Shown piece by piece: positions 16,780 through 25,365 of a DNA stretch of 64,000 nt. The position numbers were made by a program, and so were the translations under genes. This DNA is from Minisyncoccia bacterium (GTDB lineage Bacteria > Patescibacteriota > Minisyncoccia > Phycocordibacterales > Phycocordibacteraceae): NCBI GenBank assembly GCA_038212075.1, contig JBBQUV010000004.1:12317-76316 (forward strand), given 5' to 3'. The notes below the pieces were generated by a model. It searched no databases. It was not told the DNA's origin and saw only the letters and a list, made by a program, of their open reading frames with translations. How positions within the stretch are numbered: position 1 is the first letter of the stretch; every line of letters begins with the position of its first letter.

Positions 16780-18459
16780 ATGTTTCGTGTCTTTTGGCGA
16801 AAGCGATATCACGATCCGGAGATTGCTCCAGATGAAATTTTTCTTGATGCCACGAACCTCCCGGATTTTGATCGCAATCAGCTTGAAGGGCGACTTGAGC
16901 GCCCTATAGCATCAAGTACCTACCGCATTCTTGGTACAGGGCTTACTTGTATGGTTCTCGTGCTTATCGCACAGGCGTGGCATCTTGAAGTCGCGCAAGG
17001 TGCAAGCTATGCGGCAAAAAGCGAACGAAATATTTTGCGTCCTGAAACGATTTTCGCAGAACGGGGCGCTATTACCGATAGAAACGGTACCGTGCTTGTC
17101 TCAAATGGAAAAACAGACACGGGATTTAATAGTCGCGTATATCCGTCGGACGCATTTTCTTCACTCCTTGGCTACGTATCGTATCCAAAAAAAGATTCTT
17201 CCGGCCATTACTACGACACCGAGATTACCGGACTTGCGGGCGTTGAAAAAACATACGATACCCAGCTTTCGGGACAGAACGGTTCGGTGCTCGTTGAAGA
17301 AGATTCGCAAGGACGCACCATTTCAGAGGGAAGTAGTATTGCACCCACGGACGGAGCAACACTCACTCTTTCTATTGATTCACGGGTACAGCTTGCGTTC
17401 TATCATGCAATTAAAAAGCTTGCGGAGCAGGTGCCGTTTTCAGGGGGCACTGGTATTTTGATGGATGTGAATACGGGGGAAGTTAACGCGCTCGTTACGT
17501 ATCCTGAATATGACCCCAATGTGCTTTCTTCGGGCACGCCTGCAGATACCATTGCATCCTATGCCACCAGTTCCCGTAAGCCGTATCTAAATAGAGCAAT
17601 ACAAGGGCTCTACGCCCCTGGGTCTATTGTGAAGCCGCCAGAGGCCGCAGGCGCCCTTACCGACCACACCATCACCCCAGACACTGTTATTGTCTCTACT
17701 GGCTCTCTATCGCTTCCAAACCCCTACGACCCGGCACACCCTTCGGTGTTCCCTGACTGGAAGGCGCATGGGCCGCTCAATTTGCGTCAAGCCATCGCAT
17801 GGTCGTCCGACGTCTATTTCTATGAAGTGGGTGGTGGGTACGGGAATCAAAAAGGTCTTGGTATTGAGCGTTTGGCATACTGGTTTCGCACCTTTGGATT
17901 TACGAGCGCAACAGGCATTCCACTTTCCGGAGAGAAAACAGGTTTTGTACCGACACCTGCTTGGAAACAAGCAACCTATGGCGACCCTTGGCGTATTGGG
18001 GATACCTACCACACGGCTATTGGACAGTATTCTATGCAGGTCACCCCAATTGAAGTTGCGCGTGCATATGCGGCAATTGCAAACGGTGGCAAGCTCATCA
18101 CCCCCGTGCTTTTAAAGGGACAGCCAACGAGTGGTGAGTCTATTGCGATTTCTCCGGACACTCTTCAAGTAGTGCGCGAAGGAATGCGGCTCGGTTCGCA
18201 AATAGGAAACTCGCGCGCGCTTGTGCCACTTGAATCGTTTGTGCGTACCGGTGCAAAAACAGGAACGGCACAAACGGGTTTACATAATGAATTCAACAAT
18301 CTCTGGGTCGCTGGATTCTTTCCGTACGAGCATCCAAAGTATGTGTTTGTTGTGGTAATGGATCACGGTTCTTCGGCAAACGAAGCAGGCGGTATTCACG
18401 TGATGAAAGAAGTGCTCCAAGAAATGCACGATACTGCACCTGATTATTTTGCTGAGTAG
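16780..18459 (+). CDS. mrdA: Penicillin-binding protein 2 (class B)
   Basis: RGAITDRNG, SIVK (SxxK), SSD, KTGTAQ; mre operon context. Confidence 0.88.
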   Translation: MFRVFWRKRYHDPEIAPDEIFLDATNLPDFDRNQLEGRLERPIASSTYRILGTGLTCMVLVLIAQAWHLEVAQGASYAAKSERNILRPETIFAERGAITDRNGTVLVSNGKTDTGFNSRVYPSDAFSSLLGYVSYPKKDSSGHYYDTEITGLAGVEKTYDTQLSGQNGSVLVEEDSQGRTISEGSSIAPTDGATLTLSIDSRVQLAFYHAIKKLAEQVPFSGGTGILMDVNTGEVNALVTYPEYDPNVLSSGTPADTIASYATSSRKPYLNRAIQGLYAPGSIVKPPEAAGALTDHTITPDTVIVSTGSLSLPNPYDPAHPSVFPDWKAHGPLNLRQAIAWSSDVYFYEVGGGYGNQKGLGIERLAYWFRTFGFTSATGIPLSGEKTGFVPTPAWKQATYGDPWRIGDTYHTAIGQYSMQVTPIEVARAYAAIANGGKLITPVLLKGQPTSGESIAISPDTLQVVREGMRLGSQIGNSRALVPLESFVRTGAKTGTAQTGLHNEFNNLWVAGFFPYEHPKYVFVVVMDHGSSANEAGGIHVMKEVLQEMHDTAPDYFAE

Positions 18460-18515
18460 GGGAGCTTGCGTTTCATAATCTGCCACGTACAATACGCGCA
18501 CCATAACCATTTATC

Positions 18516-18989
18516 ATGACTGACTCGCAGGACACTGTTGTTTCCCAGGAAAAATTTGATGAGATTTCACGCGAATTAGAACATTTAAAAACCGTTCGTC
18601 GTACGGAGATTGCAAAGAACCTTGAATACGCACGTTCACTCGGTGACCTTTCCGAAAATGCGGAATATCAGGAGGCTCGTGAACTCCAGACCGCAACGGA
18701 AGAACGTATTCGCAAACTTGAAGATTTGGTGAAGCACGCAAAAATTCAAACCGACCATAAGAAAAAAGATGTTGTCGGGTTTGGTTCAAAAGTGGTGATT
18801 AAAAAATCAGGCGCAAGTGAATCCCACGAGTACACTATTGTGGGAAGCGAGGAAGCAGACATGCGCGAGCACAAACTCTCCCACGTGTCGCCACTCGGCG
18901 CCGCACTCATGGCAAAAAAGAAAGGGGAGGTGTTTACCTTTGAGACACCGAACGGAAAGCAGACTTACAGCGTTGAAAAAGTTTCGTAA
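18516..18989 (+). CDS. greA: Transcription elongation factor GreA
   Basis: GDLSENAEY, SPLGAAL. Confidence 0.95.
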   Translation: MTDSQDTVVSQEKFDEISRELEHLKTVRRTEIAKNLEYARSLGDLSENAEYQEARELQTATEERIRKLEDLVKHAKIQTDHKKKDVVGFGSKVVIKKSGASESHEYTIVGSEEADMREHKLSHVSPLGAALMAKKKGEVFTFETPNGKQTYSVEKVS

Positions 18990-19006
18990 GGAACGAGAAA
19001 ACAGGA

Positions 19007-19049
19007 CATAACATCAGCAGGCGCCCAAAAGGCGCCTGCTGATGTTATG
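19007..19049. repeat. Perfect 19-bp inverted repeat between greA and lysS
   Basis: CATAACATCAGCAGGCGCC-caaaa-GGCGCCTGCTGATGTTATG. Confidence 0.85.
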
Positions 19050-19062
19050 GTAGGATGCCTCT

Positions 19063-20631
19063 ATGTTTTGGGCAGACCGCGTTGCTAAAGAGATTCAAGA
19101 TACCCGCGCACAAAGCGGGAAGAAACTGATTATCCGCGACGAAAAAACTCTCTCCGGTCGTGTGCATATTGGTGCTATGCGTGGTGTTGCTATTCATGGC
19201 ATTGTGAACGAAATCCTTACCGAATACGGCGTAGAAAACGAATACCTCTACGAACTTAATGACTTTGATCCCTTTGATACGGTGCCGGGTTATTTAGATC
19301 AAGAGACATTTAAAGAACATTTGGGTAAACCATTGTATGCAGTGCCGTCACCAGAAGCAGGATATGAAAACTACGCTGAATACTTTGGCGCTGAATTTGT
19401 AGCGGTGCACAAAAAAGCAGGGTTTATGCCGGCCTACTACCGCACCTATGCCGATCTCTACAAGGCGGGAAAGATGAACGATCTTATTCGTACGGCTCTT
19501 GAACGCGCCGCTGACATCCGCAGGATTTTAAAAGATGTTTCCGGTTCTGTAAAAGATGAGTCGTGGCTTCCTGTTTCGGTTGTGTGTGAGGAGTGCGGAA
19601 AAATGATGACCACGCGTGCGTTTGATTTTGATGGAGAAACCGTTGGCTATGCCTGCGATAAAAACCCCGATGGTGCCGTATCGTGCGGGCACACGGGACG
19701 ACTTGCTCCATGGGATGGTGCCGCAAAACTTTTTTGGAAGGCAGACTGGGCGGCAAAATGGGTGGCAAAGAAAGTAGATGTTGAAGGCGCGGGTAAAGAC
19801 CACTCCACCAAGGGTGGTGCTCGCGACGTGAGCAATCATATTGCACGGGAACTATTTGGATTTGCTTCACCGTTTGATATTCCCTACGAATTTTTCCTTG
19901 TTGGTGGTGCAAAAATGTCTTCGAGTAAAGGAAGGGGAACATCGGCAAAAGATATGGCGGAACTGTTTCCGTCGCAGATTCTGCGTCTTATTTTGATTGG
20001 TAAAGACATCAATCAGCAAATAAATGTGGATCCTTCCGGAGATTCTGTTCCTCGTATGTACGATTGGTACGATGATCTTGCCGAACAGGTACGAAATGGT
20101 GTTGAAGACGACTATGCGCGGCTATTCACGCTTGCCCAGCTTCCCGACGCTCGAGCAAATGTGACTGCGCCATGGATGATGCGATTCCGTGAAGTGGCAT
20201 TCATTGTGCAAATGCCACATCTTGATTTGACGCAGGAAGCGAAACGCGCAAAGGGAAGTGAACTTTCTCCGGAAGAAACGCGCGCGCTTGGTGAACGAGC
20301 AGAATATGCAAAATTCTGGCTTGCTACCTATGCACCGGAAGAATTTAAATACGTGCTTCAGGAAACGTTTCCAGTGGTTACGTTGTCAGACGTACAAAAG
20401 AACGCACTCTCTCTTTTGTATACGTTTATGAACGAAGCGCCACGTACGGGCGAAGAGGTGCATGCAAAATTGCACGAACTTAAAACCGTAGCCCCAATTG
20501 CACCAAAGGAATTATTTACTGCGCTCTACGGTATTTTCCTGAATCGTGAATCCGGACCAAAGGCAGGATGGTTTTTGTCGGTGCTTCCACGTGACTTTGT
20601 GCTCGCGCGCTTGAAAGAAGCTATAGGATAA
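19063..20631 (+). CDS. lysS: Lysine--tRNA ligase, class I
   Basis: MFWAD start, SGRVHIG (HIGH-like), GKDH, KMSSSKG, GPKAG. Confidence 0.92.
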   Translation: MFWADRVAKEIQDTRAQSGKKLIIRDEKTLSGRVHIGAMRGVAIHGIVNEILTEYGVENEYLYELNDFDPFDTVPGYLDQETFKEHLGKPLYAVPSPEAGYENYAEYFGAEFVAVHKKAGFMPAYYRTYADLYKAGKMNDLIRTALERAADIRRILKDVSGSVKDESWLPVSVVCEECGKMMTTRAFDFDGETVGYACDKNPDGAVSCGHTGRLAPWDGAAKLFWKADWAAKWVAKKVDVEGAGKDHSTKGGARDVSNHIARELFGFASPFDIPYEFFLVGGAKMSSSKGRGTSAKDMAELFPSQILRLILIGKDINQQINVDPSGDSVPRMYDWYDDLAEQVRNGVEDDYARLFTLAQLPDARANVTAPWMMRFREVAFIVQMPHLDLTQEAKRAKGSELSPEETRALGERAEYAKFWLATYAPEEFKYVLQETFPVVTLSDVQKNALSLLYTFMNEAPRTGEEVHAKLHELKTVAPIAPKELFTALYGIFLNRESGPKAGWFLSVLPRDFVLARLKEAIG

Positions 20632-20635
20632 AAGA

Positions 20636-20662
20636 AAAGAGCGGCCTTGTAGGTCGCTCTTT
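20636..20662. terminator. Bidirectional-looking terminator, copy 1
   Basis: AAAGAGCGGCCT-tgt-AGGTCGCTCTTT; near-identical to 21102-21130. Confidence 0.75.
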
Positions 20663-20688
20663 GTCGATTGCGCCAACGCAATCGGTGG

Positions 20689-20865
20689 TTAGTCATCTCG
20701 CGTGAGCCAAAGTCGAGTATGGTGCCCTAGGGCGGCATCGTACTGCGGATTTGTGTGATAGACGCCTGCCATCGTGAGTGCTGGCGTCGTATTCGATTCA
20801 TTGGCTGTAGAGCCGTTCGTCGTCTCAGGTGTGTTACTTTCCTGATTCCTGTCTTCAATGTGCAT
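20689..20865 (-). CDS. Small hypothetical protein (58 aa), cargo of leader cassette A
   Basis: GAGGT SD before ATG; polar N-terminus and C-terminal GVYHTNPQYDAALGHHTRLW. Confidence 0.5.
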   Translation of the reverse strand: MHIEDRNQESNTPETTNGSTANESNTTPALTMAGVYHTNPQYDAALGHHTRLWLTRDD

Positions 20866-20904
20866 AGCTACCTCGCATTGTGTTGACTGCTTTATAGAGG
20901 ATCT

Positions 20905-21081
20905 AAAAAGCCAAATCCCCGTACCGTTTCCGGTCGGGGACTTGCGCGAGGTCTCTTTCTTTTTTTTAGAACGAGACATCAAGCAAAACCCCGACCTTTC
21001 GTAGAAGGACGAGGTGAGAACGCACGATAATTGCTTGATGAACCATACCTACGAATCTATCAGTTCAAAAAGTATCGTCAA
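20905..21081 (-). promoter_or_regulatory. Promoter + putative transcription attenuator, copy A
   Basis: TTGACG-16-TAGATT; stem CATCAAGCAA/TTGCTTGATG; terminator hairpin 20912-20944 followed by GCTTTTT; homologous to copy B. Confidence 0.65.
20966..21046 (-). CDS. Putative leaderless leader peptide A (MVHQAIIVRSHLVLLRKVGVLLDVSF)
   Basis: ATG 7 nt after the -10 box; frame and length conserved with copy B. Confidence 0.5.
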   Translation of the reverse strand: MVHQAIIVRSHLVLLRKVGVLLDVSF

Positions 21082-21101
21082 TCTATGGTGTGTGGATGTA
21101 A

Positions 21102-21130
21102 AAAAGAGCGGCCTTGCGGGTCGCTCTTTT
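21102..21130. terminator. Terminator, copy 2
   Basis: AAAAGAGCGGCCT-tgc-GGGTCGCTCTTTT. Confidence 0.75.
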
Positions 21131-21150
21131 CACTCTGTAAGGTTTTCACC

Positions 21151-21609
21151 TTATATGCACGCTGGATTTCGCCGTGCCCGTTGCTCAAAACCAGCGGGTA
21201 TGTCCCGACCGATTCGTGCATAGTGGGTACGCTCTAGTTCCTCCTGTAGTTCTTGTTCAGTGTGAGGAAAGACAGCAACACAGTACTGTGCCATACCTGT
21301 CCACTGCGGTTGCTGGAACATTCCTTCCTGAATTTCTTCAGGGGTGAGTTCGTAAAGAACAGAGCCTTCCGAAGCCGCATGATTGGGAACGCGATGTGCG
21401 GCGAAGAGGGCAATGCGGATACGAGTCCCTTCTTTTTCCAGCGTGGTTGGATGGATGTAGGGTTCGGTCATCGTCGCATCATCGATGAGTAACCGTTCGG
21501 TGCTACAACCGATAGTCACCAGAAAACGGCGAGCACGTTCTCCGATGTGGTCACCTTCGTACGCCACATATCGGATACGGCGCTCGTCTTTTGTCGCTAC
21601 GGGTGTCAT
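21151..21609 (-). CDS. Hypothetical protein (152 aa), cargo of leader cassette B
   Basis: GAGAGGT SD before ATG (MTPVATK...); no motif recognised. Confidence 0.6.
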   Translation of the reverse strand: MTPVATKDERRIRYVAYEGDHIGERARRFLVTIGCSTERLLIDDATMTEPYIHPTTLEKEGTRIRIALFAAHRVPNHAASEGSVLYELTPEEIQEGMFQQPQWTGMAQYCVAVFPHTEQELQEELERTHYARIGRDIPAGFEQRARRNPACI

Positions 21610-21655
21610 TTCTACCTCTCGTTGCTTGAGTGTTGGAAAGATCATTCCTGCCCCT

Positions 21656-21840
21656 AAAAGCAAGCGAGCCTCCGGACCTTTCGGTCGGAGGCTCGCTTCA
21701 TGTTTCTTTCTTATGCCCGCACTGGCTGGAGAGAGACATCAAGCGAAACGCCGACCTTCGTCAGAAGGCCGAGCCAATACGTAAACCACGTTGCTTGATG
21801 AACCATGGGTGAATCGTACCAGTTCCCCTCAGTCTGTCAA
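21656..21840 (-). promoter_or_regulatory. Promoter + putative transcription attenuator, copy B
   Basis: TTGACA-16-TACGAT; stem CATCAAGC/GCTTGATG; terminator hairpin 21662-21698 followed by GCTTTT. Confidence 0.65.
21711..21806 (-). CDS. Putative leaderless leader peptide B (MVHQATWFTYWLGLLTKVGVSLDVSLQPVRA)
   Basis: ATG 6 nt after the -10 box; aligns without gaps to peptide A. Confidence 0.5.
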   Translation of the reverse strand: MVHQATWFTYWLGLLTKVGVSLDVSLQPVRA

Positions 21841-21852
21841 AGTCCAAACTTG

Positions 21853-21861
21853 TGTGGATAA
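21853..21861 (-). promoter_or_regulatory. Perfect DnaA box upstream of mraZ
   Basis: TGTGGATAA = reverse complement of TTATCCACA; single copy. Confidence 0.45.
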
Positions 21862-21865
21862 CCAT

Positions 21866-21920
21866 TGGGGAAGTGGGGTAAAGTGTCATATACTTGTGTA
21901 TTAGTGGGAGGAAGTGGGAA
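21866..21920 (+). promoter_or_regulatory. MraZ operator (GTGGG direct repeats)
   Basis: GTGGG at 21873, 21904 and 21914 plus GTGTC at 21883 (about 10-bp phasing) directly upstream of mraZ. Confidence 0.7.
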
Positions 21921-21968
21921 ACACAGGTATGTCCTGCGTTTCCCGGGTTCTCCTCAAAAAATCTTTTT

Positions 21969-22403
21969 ATGTTTATCGGCGAATATCGTCACACCTTTGA
22001 TCCTAAAAATCGTATTTCGCTACCAGCGAAATTTCGCAAGGAGCTTGGTCGGACGGTCGTCGTGACCCGCGGTTTTGATACGTGTCTTTTTGTGTATCCA
22101 AAAAAAGCATGGGAAAAACAAGCGGCAAAAATTGCCGCATATTCAACCGGTAACGCCGCTGGCCGCGGTATTGCGCGCCTTATGCTTGCCGGCGCAAGTG
22201 AAGCAGAAGTAGACAGTGCCGGACGTATCCTCGTTCCGGACTATTTGAAGAAATTTGCATCACTCAATGTGAAAACAGTTGTGGCTGGTGTAAACGACCG
22301 TGTGGAAGTGTGGGAAGAAGGTGCGTGGGATACGTACACCAAAACTATTGAGCGTGATGCTGACCGGTTTGCTGAAAAACTGGGTGACGCAGGCGCCTTC
22401 TAA
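21969..22403 (+). CDS. mraZ: Transcriptional regulator MraZ
   Basis: MFIGEYRHTFDPKNRISLP, DSAGRILVP. Confidence 0.95.
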   Translation: MFIGEYRHTFDPKNRISLPAKFRKELGRTVVVTRGFDTCLFVYPKKAWEKQAAKIAAYSTGNAAGRGIARLMLAGASEAEVDSAGRILVPDYLKKFASLNVKTVVAGVNDRVEVWEEGAWDTYTKTIERDADRFAEKLGDAGAF

Positions 22404-22406
22404 TAT

Positions 22407-23357
22407 ATGAAGTCCGGACACACAAGCGTGCTCTATGAAGAATCACTGAAAGCACTTTGCGTGCGCCCACAAGACGTAGTGCTTGATGCTACGGTGGGCG
22501 GCGCAGGACATTTTCGCGGATTGCTGTCGTCGCTTTCAAATGACGGCGTGCTCATTGGTATTGATGAAGACGCCAACGCGATTGAACGTGCGCGCGAAGT
22601 GGTGGCAGAAGACCGCCGCTCTGATAGGCCAGTGGTGCATTTGATGGAAGATAATTTTAGAAATATTGGCCACGTGCTTGAGCGCCTTGGCATTAGCCAT
22701 ATTGATAAGGCACTTTTTGATTTGGGGTGGAGCGGTTTCCAGTTGTCTGATGGCAAGGGTTTTTCATTTCAAGCCGACGAACCGCTTCTTATGACGTATG
22801 GCAATCCGGAAGTGCATGGTTCAGCGGCAGAGCTCGTGAATACCATGCCAGAAGAAGAGCTAGCAAAACTGATTTTCATTTACGGTGAAGAACGATTCGC
22901 CCGACATATTGCAAAAGCAATTTGTCGCGCACGCAGTACGGCTCGTATTCTTTCAACACAAGATTTGGTGGCGGCTATAAACGCAGGCGTGCCAGCGTGG
23001 TATCGCACCCGTCGCACGCATCCTGCAACAAAAACGTTTCAGGCGCTTCGTATTGCCGTGAATGACGAACTTGGTGCGCTTGAAGAAGGACTTCGTGGCG
23101 CTATACAGCACCTTGGTGCGGGTGGGCGCATCGCGGTTATCACCTTTCATTCTATTGAAGACAGAATAGTGAAATCTATTTTCCGCGATGCTGTCGCGGA
23201 AGGTACGGGTTCTGTGGTGAATAAAAAAGTAATTACCCCTTCCTACGAGGAATTGAAACTGAATCCGCGCGCACGCAGTGCAAAACTGCGCATCTTTGAA
23301 TCAAACGAACGAGATGAACCTGTTTCTGCACTTCCTCACGAACTGATGTATGCATAA
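22407..23357 (+). CDS. rsmH: 16S rRNA m4C1402 methyltransferase
   Basis: DATVGGAGH, HPATKTFQALRIAVNDEL, FHSIEDRIVK, NPRARSAKLR. Confidence 0.95.
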   Translation: MKSGHTSVLYEESLKALCVRPQDVVLDATVGGAGHFRGLLSSLSNDGVLIGIDEDANAIERAREVVAEDRRSDRPVVHLMEDNFRNIGHVLERLGISHIDKALFDLGWSGFQLSDGKGFSFQADEPLLMTYGNPEVHGSAAELVNTMPEEELAKLIFIYGEERFARHIAKAICRARSTARILSTQDLVAAINAGVPAWYRTRRTHPATKTFQALRIAVNDELGALEEGLRGAIQHLGAGGRIAVITFHSIEDRIVKSIFRDAVAEGTGSVVNKKVITPSYEELKLNPRARSAKLRIFESNERDEPVSALPHELMYA

Positions 23358-23631
23358 CCCCTTTCTTATCTATTTGAAAAGTGCGTTTGGCATTCTTGTG
23401 GTTTCCTACCTTTTGCTTGTCGTGGGCACCATCTATCTTGCAAGCTATCAGACAGAGCTTTCTGCCAAGATACGCAATACTGAGGGCACTATTGGCCAGC
23501 TTGAGGCTCGCTACTACACCGCTATTGCCGCTCTTGATGCGACCAATCCCGGGATTCTTGGGTTTAGCGCACCAAGCACCAAATTCTATGCCCGTGCCGC
23601 TCAGGCACCGGTACTTACGCGAGCAAACTAA
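23350..23631 (+). CDS. FtsL-like small bitopic protein
   Basis: TM helix + short coiled coil + LGF..P; lies between rsmH and ftsI. Confidence 0.6.
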   Translation: MHNPFLIYLKSAFGILVVSYLLLVVGTIYLASYQTELSAKIRNTEGTIGQLEARYYTAIAALDATNPGILGFSAPSTKFYARAAQAPVLTRAN

Positions 23632-23634
23632 CAC

Positions 23635-25365
23635 ATGCGGCACGTTTTCCGTTCTCGTATCCGCCTCATCTTTATCGTCATTGTTTTGCTGATTGCGCTT
23701 CTTGCGGTGCGACTCTATTACCTGCAGGTTATGAAAAGTGCCGACTACGCGCTCCAAGCACAACACCAATACGTCAACACGAGCCAGCAACTCTATGATC
23801 GTGGTGCAATATATTTTACTCGCAAAGACGGAACGCTTATTTCCGCAGGAACGCTCGCAACCGGATTTTTAGTTGCTATTAATCCGGAAAAAATTGGCGA
23901 TCCTGAAACGGCCTACGGGATATTGAGTGAGCATCTCACCCTTGCTCACGACGCTTTCATACAGCATGCAGAAAAACAAAATGATCCATACGAAGTAATT
24001 GCTGACCATGTTCCGGAAGAACAAGGCAATGCGCTCCAAGCACAGCATATTTCCGGTGTATCAGTGATTCGCGAACGATGGCGACTCTATCCGGCCGGCG
24101 AAAGTGCCGCACAGAGTGTTGGATTTGTTGCGTACAACGATGACAACAGTATCGCTGGCAGGTTTGGTCTTGAGCGATATTACGAAAGTACACTGGCGCG
24201 CGACGGGAACGGTCTTTTTGGAAATTTCTTTGCACAACTCTTTGCGGACATTGGAAATAGCTTGGTTGACGTTCGTGCGGCACGCGAAGGCGACGTGATT
24301 ACCTCTATTGAACCGGTGGTGCAAGAAAAACTTGATGAAACGCTTTCGGCAATAAACGCGAAATATCACAGCCAAGAAACCGGTGGGATTATTATGGATC
24401 CGAAAACTGGCGCCATCGTTGCGCTCCAAACCGTGCCAACGTTTGACCCTAATGACTTTAGTCAAACGAATCCCGCCTATTTTGCAAACCATCTTGTTGA
24501 ACGACGCTACGAGTTCGGTTCTATTATGAAGTCACTCACGGTTGCTTCCGGTCTTGACGCTGGCGTTATCACGCCAACAAGCACCTATAACGACACGGGC
24601 TGTATCGTTGTTGATACAAAACGCATTTGTAACCACGATCTTATTCCACACGGCACGACCTCTGTTCAGCAACTTATTTCACAGTCGCTAAACGTGGGTG
24701 CTTCGTGGATTGCCACCCGCCTTGGTCACGATCGCATGAAAAAGTATTTTACGAGTCTTGGCATGGACACAGAAACGGGTGTTGACCTACCAAGTGAAAT
24801 TAAAGGAACACTCGCAAATCTCACCACGCGCGATGTGGATTACGATACTGCATCGTTTGGGCAGGGTATTGCGCTTACGCCGGTGGAAATGATTCGCGCG
24901 CTCGGTGCGCTCGCCAATGACGGCTCCATCGTGACACCACACCTTGCAACCGGTATCCGTCTTTCTTCCGGCATTACTCGCACTCTTTCATGGGGCGAAC
25001 CGGAGCGGGTGTTTACATCGCAAAGCGTCGTAGGAACGACAAACATTCTGGTAACCGCAATTGATACCGCATTGCTATCCGGAAAGGCAAAGACACCGGA
25101 AATGAGTGTGGCGGCAAAAACCGGCACGGCACAAATTGCGTCACCGCTTGGTGGGTACTACCCAGACCGTTATTTCCACTCGTTTTTCGGCTATTTTCCA
25201 GCGCACGACCCGAAATTCATCATCCTTTTATATACACGCGAACCACAGAATGTGCAGTATGCCTCGGAGACCCTTACTGGTTCCTTTGTTGACCTTGTGC
25301 ACTTTTTGACCAATTATTACTCAATTCCCCCTGACAGGGCCACCTACCATGATACAAACAACTAA
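23635..25365 (+). CDS. ftsI: Cell division transpeptidase PBP3/FtsI
   Basis: RGAIYF, GLERYYE, GSIMK, SLN, KTGTAQ; dcw context. Confidence 0.88.
   Translation: MRHVFRSRIRLIFIVIVLLIALLAVRLYYLQVMKSADYALQAQHQYVNTSQQLYDRGAIYFTRKDGTLISAGTLATGFLVAINPEKIGDPETAYGILSEHLTLAHDAFIQHAEKQNDPYEVIADHVPEEQGNALQAQHISGVSVIRERWRLYPAGESAAQSVGFVAYNDDNSIAGRFGLERYYESTLARDGNGLFGNFFAQLFADIGNSLVDVRAAREGDVITSIEPVVQEKLDETLSAINAKYHSQETGGIIMDPKTGAIVALQTVPTFDPNDFSQTNPAYFANHLVERRYEFGSIMKSLTVASGLDAGVITPTSTYNDTGCIVVDTKRICNHDLIPHGTTSVQQLISQSLNVGASWIATRLGHDRMKKYFTSLGMDTETGVDLPSEIKGTLANLTTRDVDYDTASFGQGIALTPVEMIRALGALANDGSIVTPHLATGIRLSSGITRTLSWGEPERVFTSQSVVGTTNILVTAIDTALLSGKAKTPEMSVAAKTGTAQIASPLGGYYPDRYFHSFFGYFPAHDPKFIILLYTREPQNVQYASETLTGSFVDLVHFLTNYYSIPPDRATYHDTNN

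Noticed and set aside
20636-21840. CRISPR array, T-box, or c-di-GMP/other known riboswitch
   Set aside because: Only two long imperfect copies about 760 bp apart and no cas genes; no T-box GGTGGNACCGCG; the GAAA-type hairpin is followed by a U-tract and lacks the c-di-GMP-I P1/P2 consensus
21853-21861. Replication origin
   Set aside because: Single DnaA box, no box cluster or AT-rich unwinding element, no dnaA/dnaN nearby
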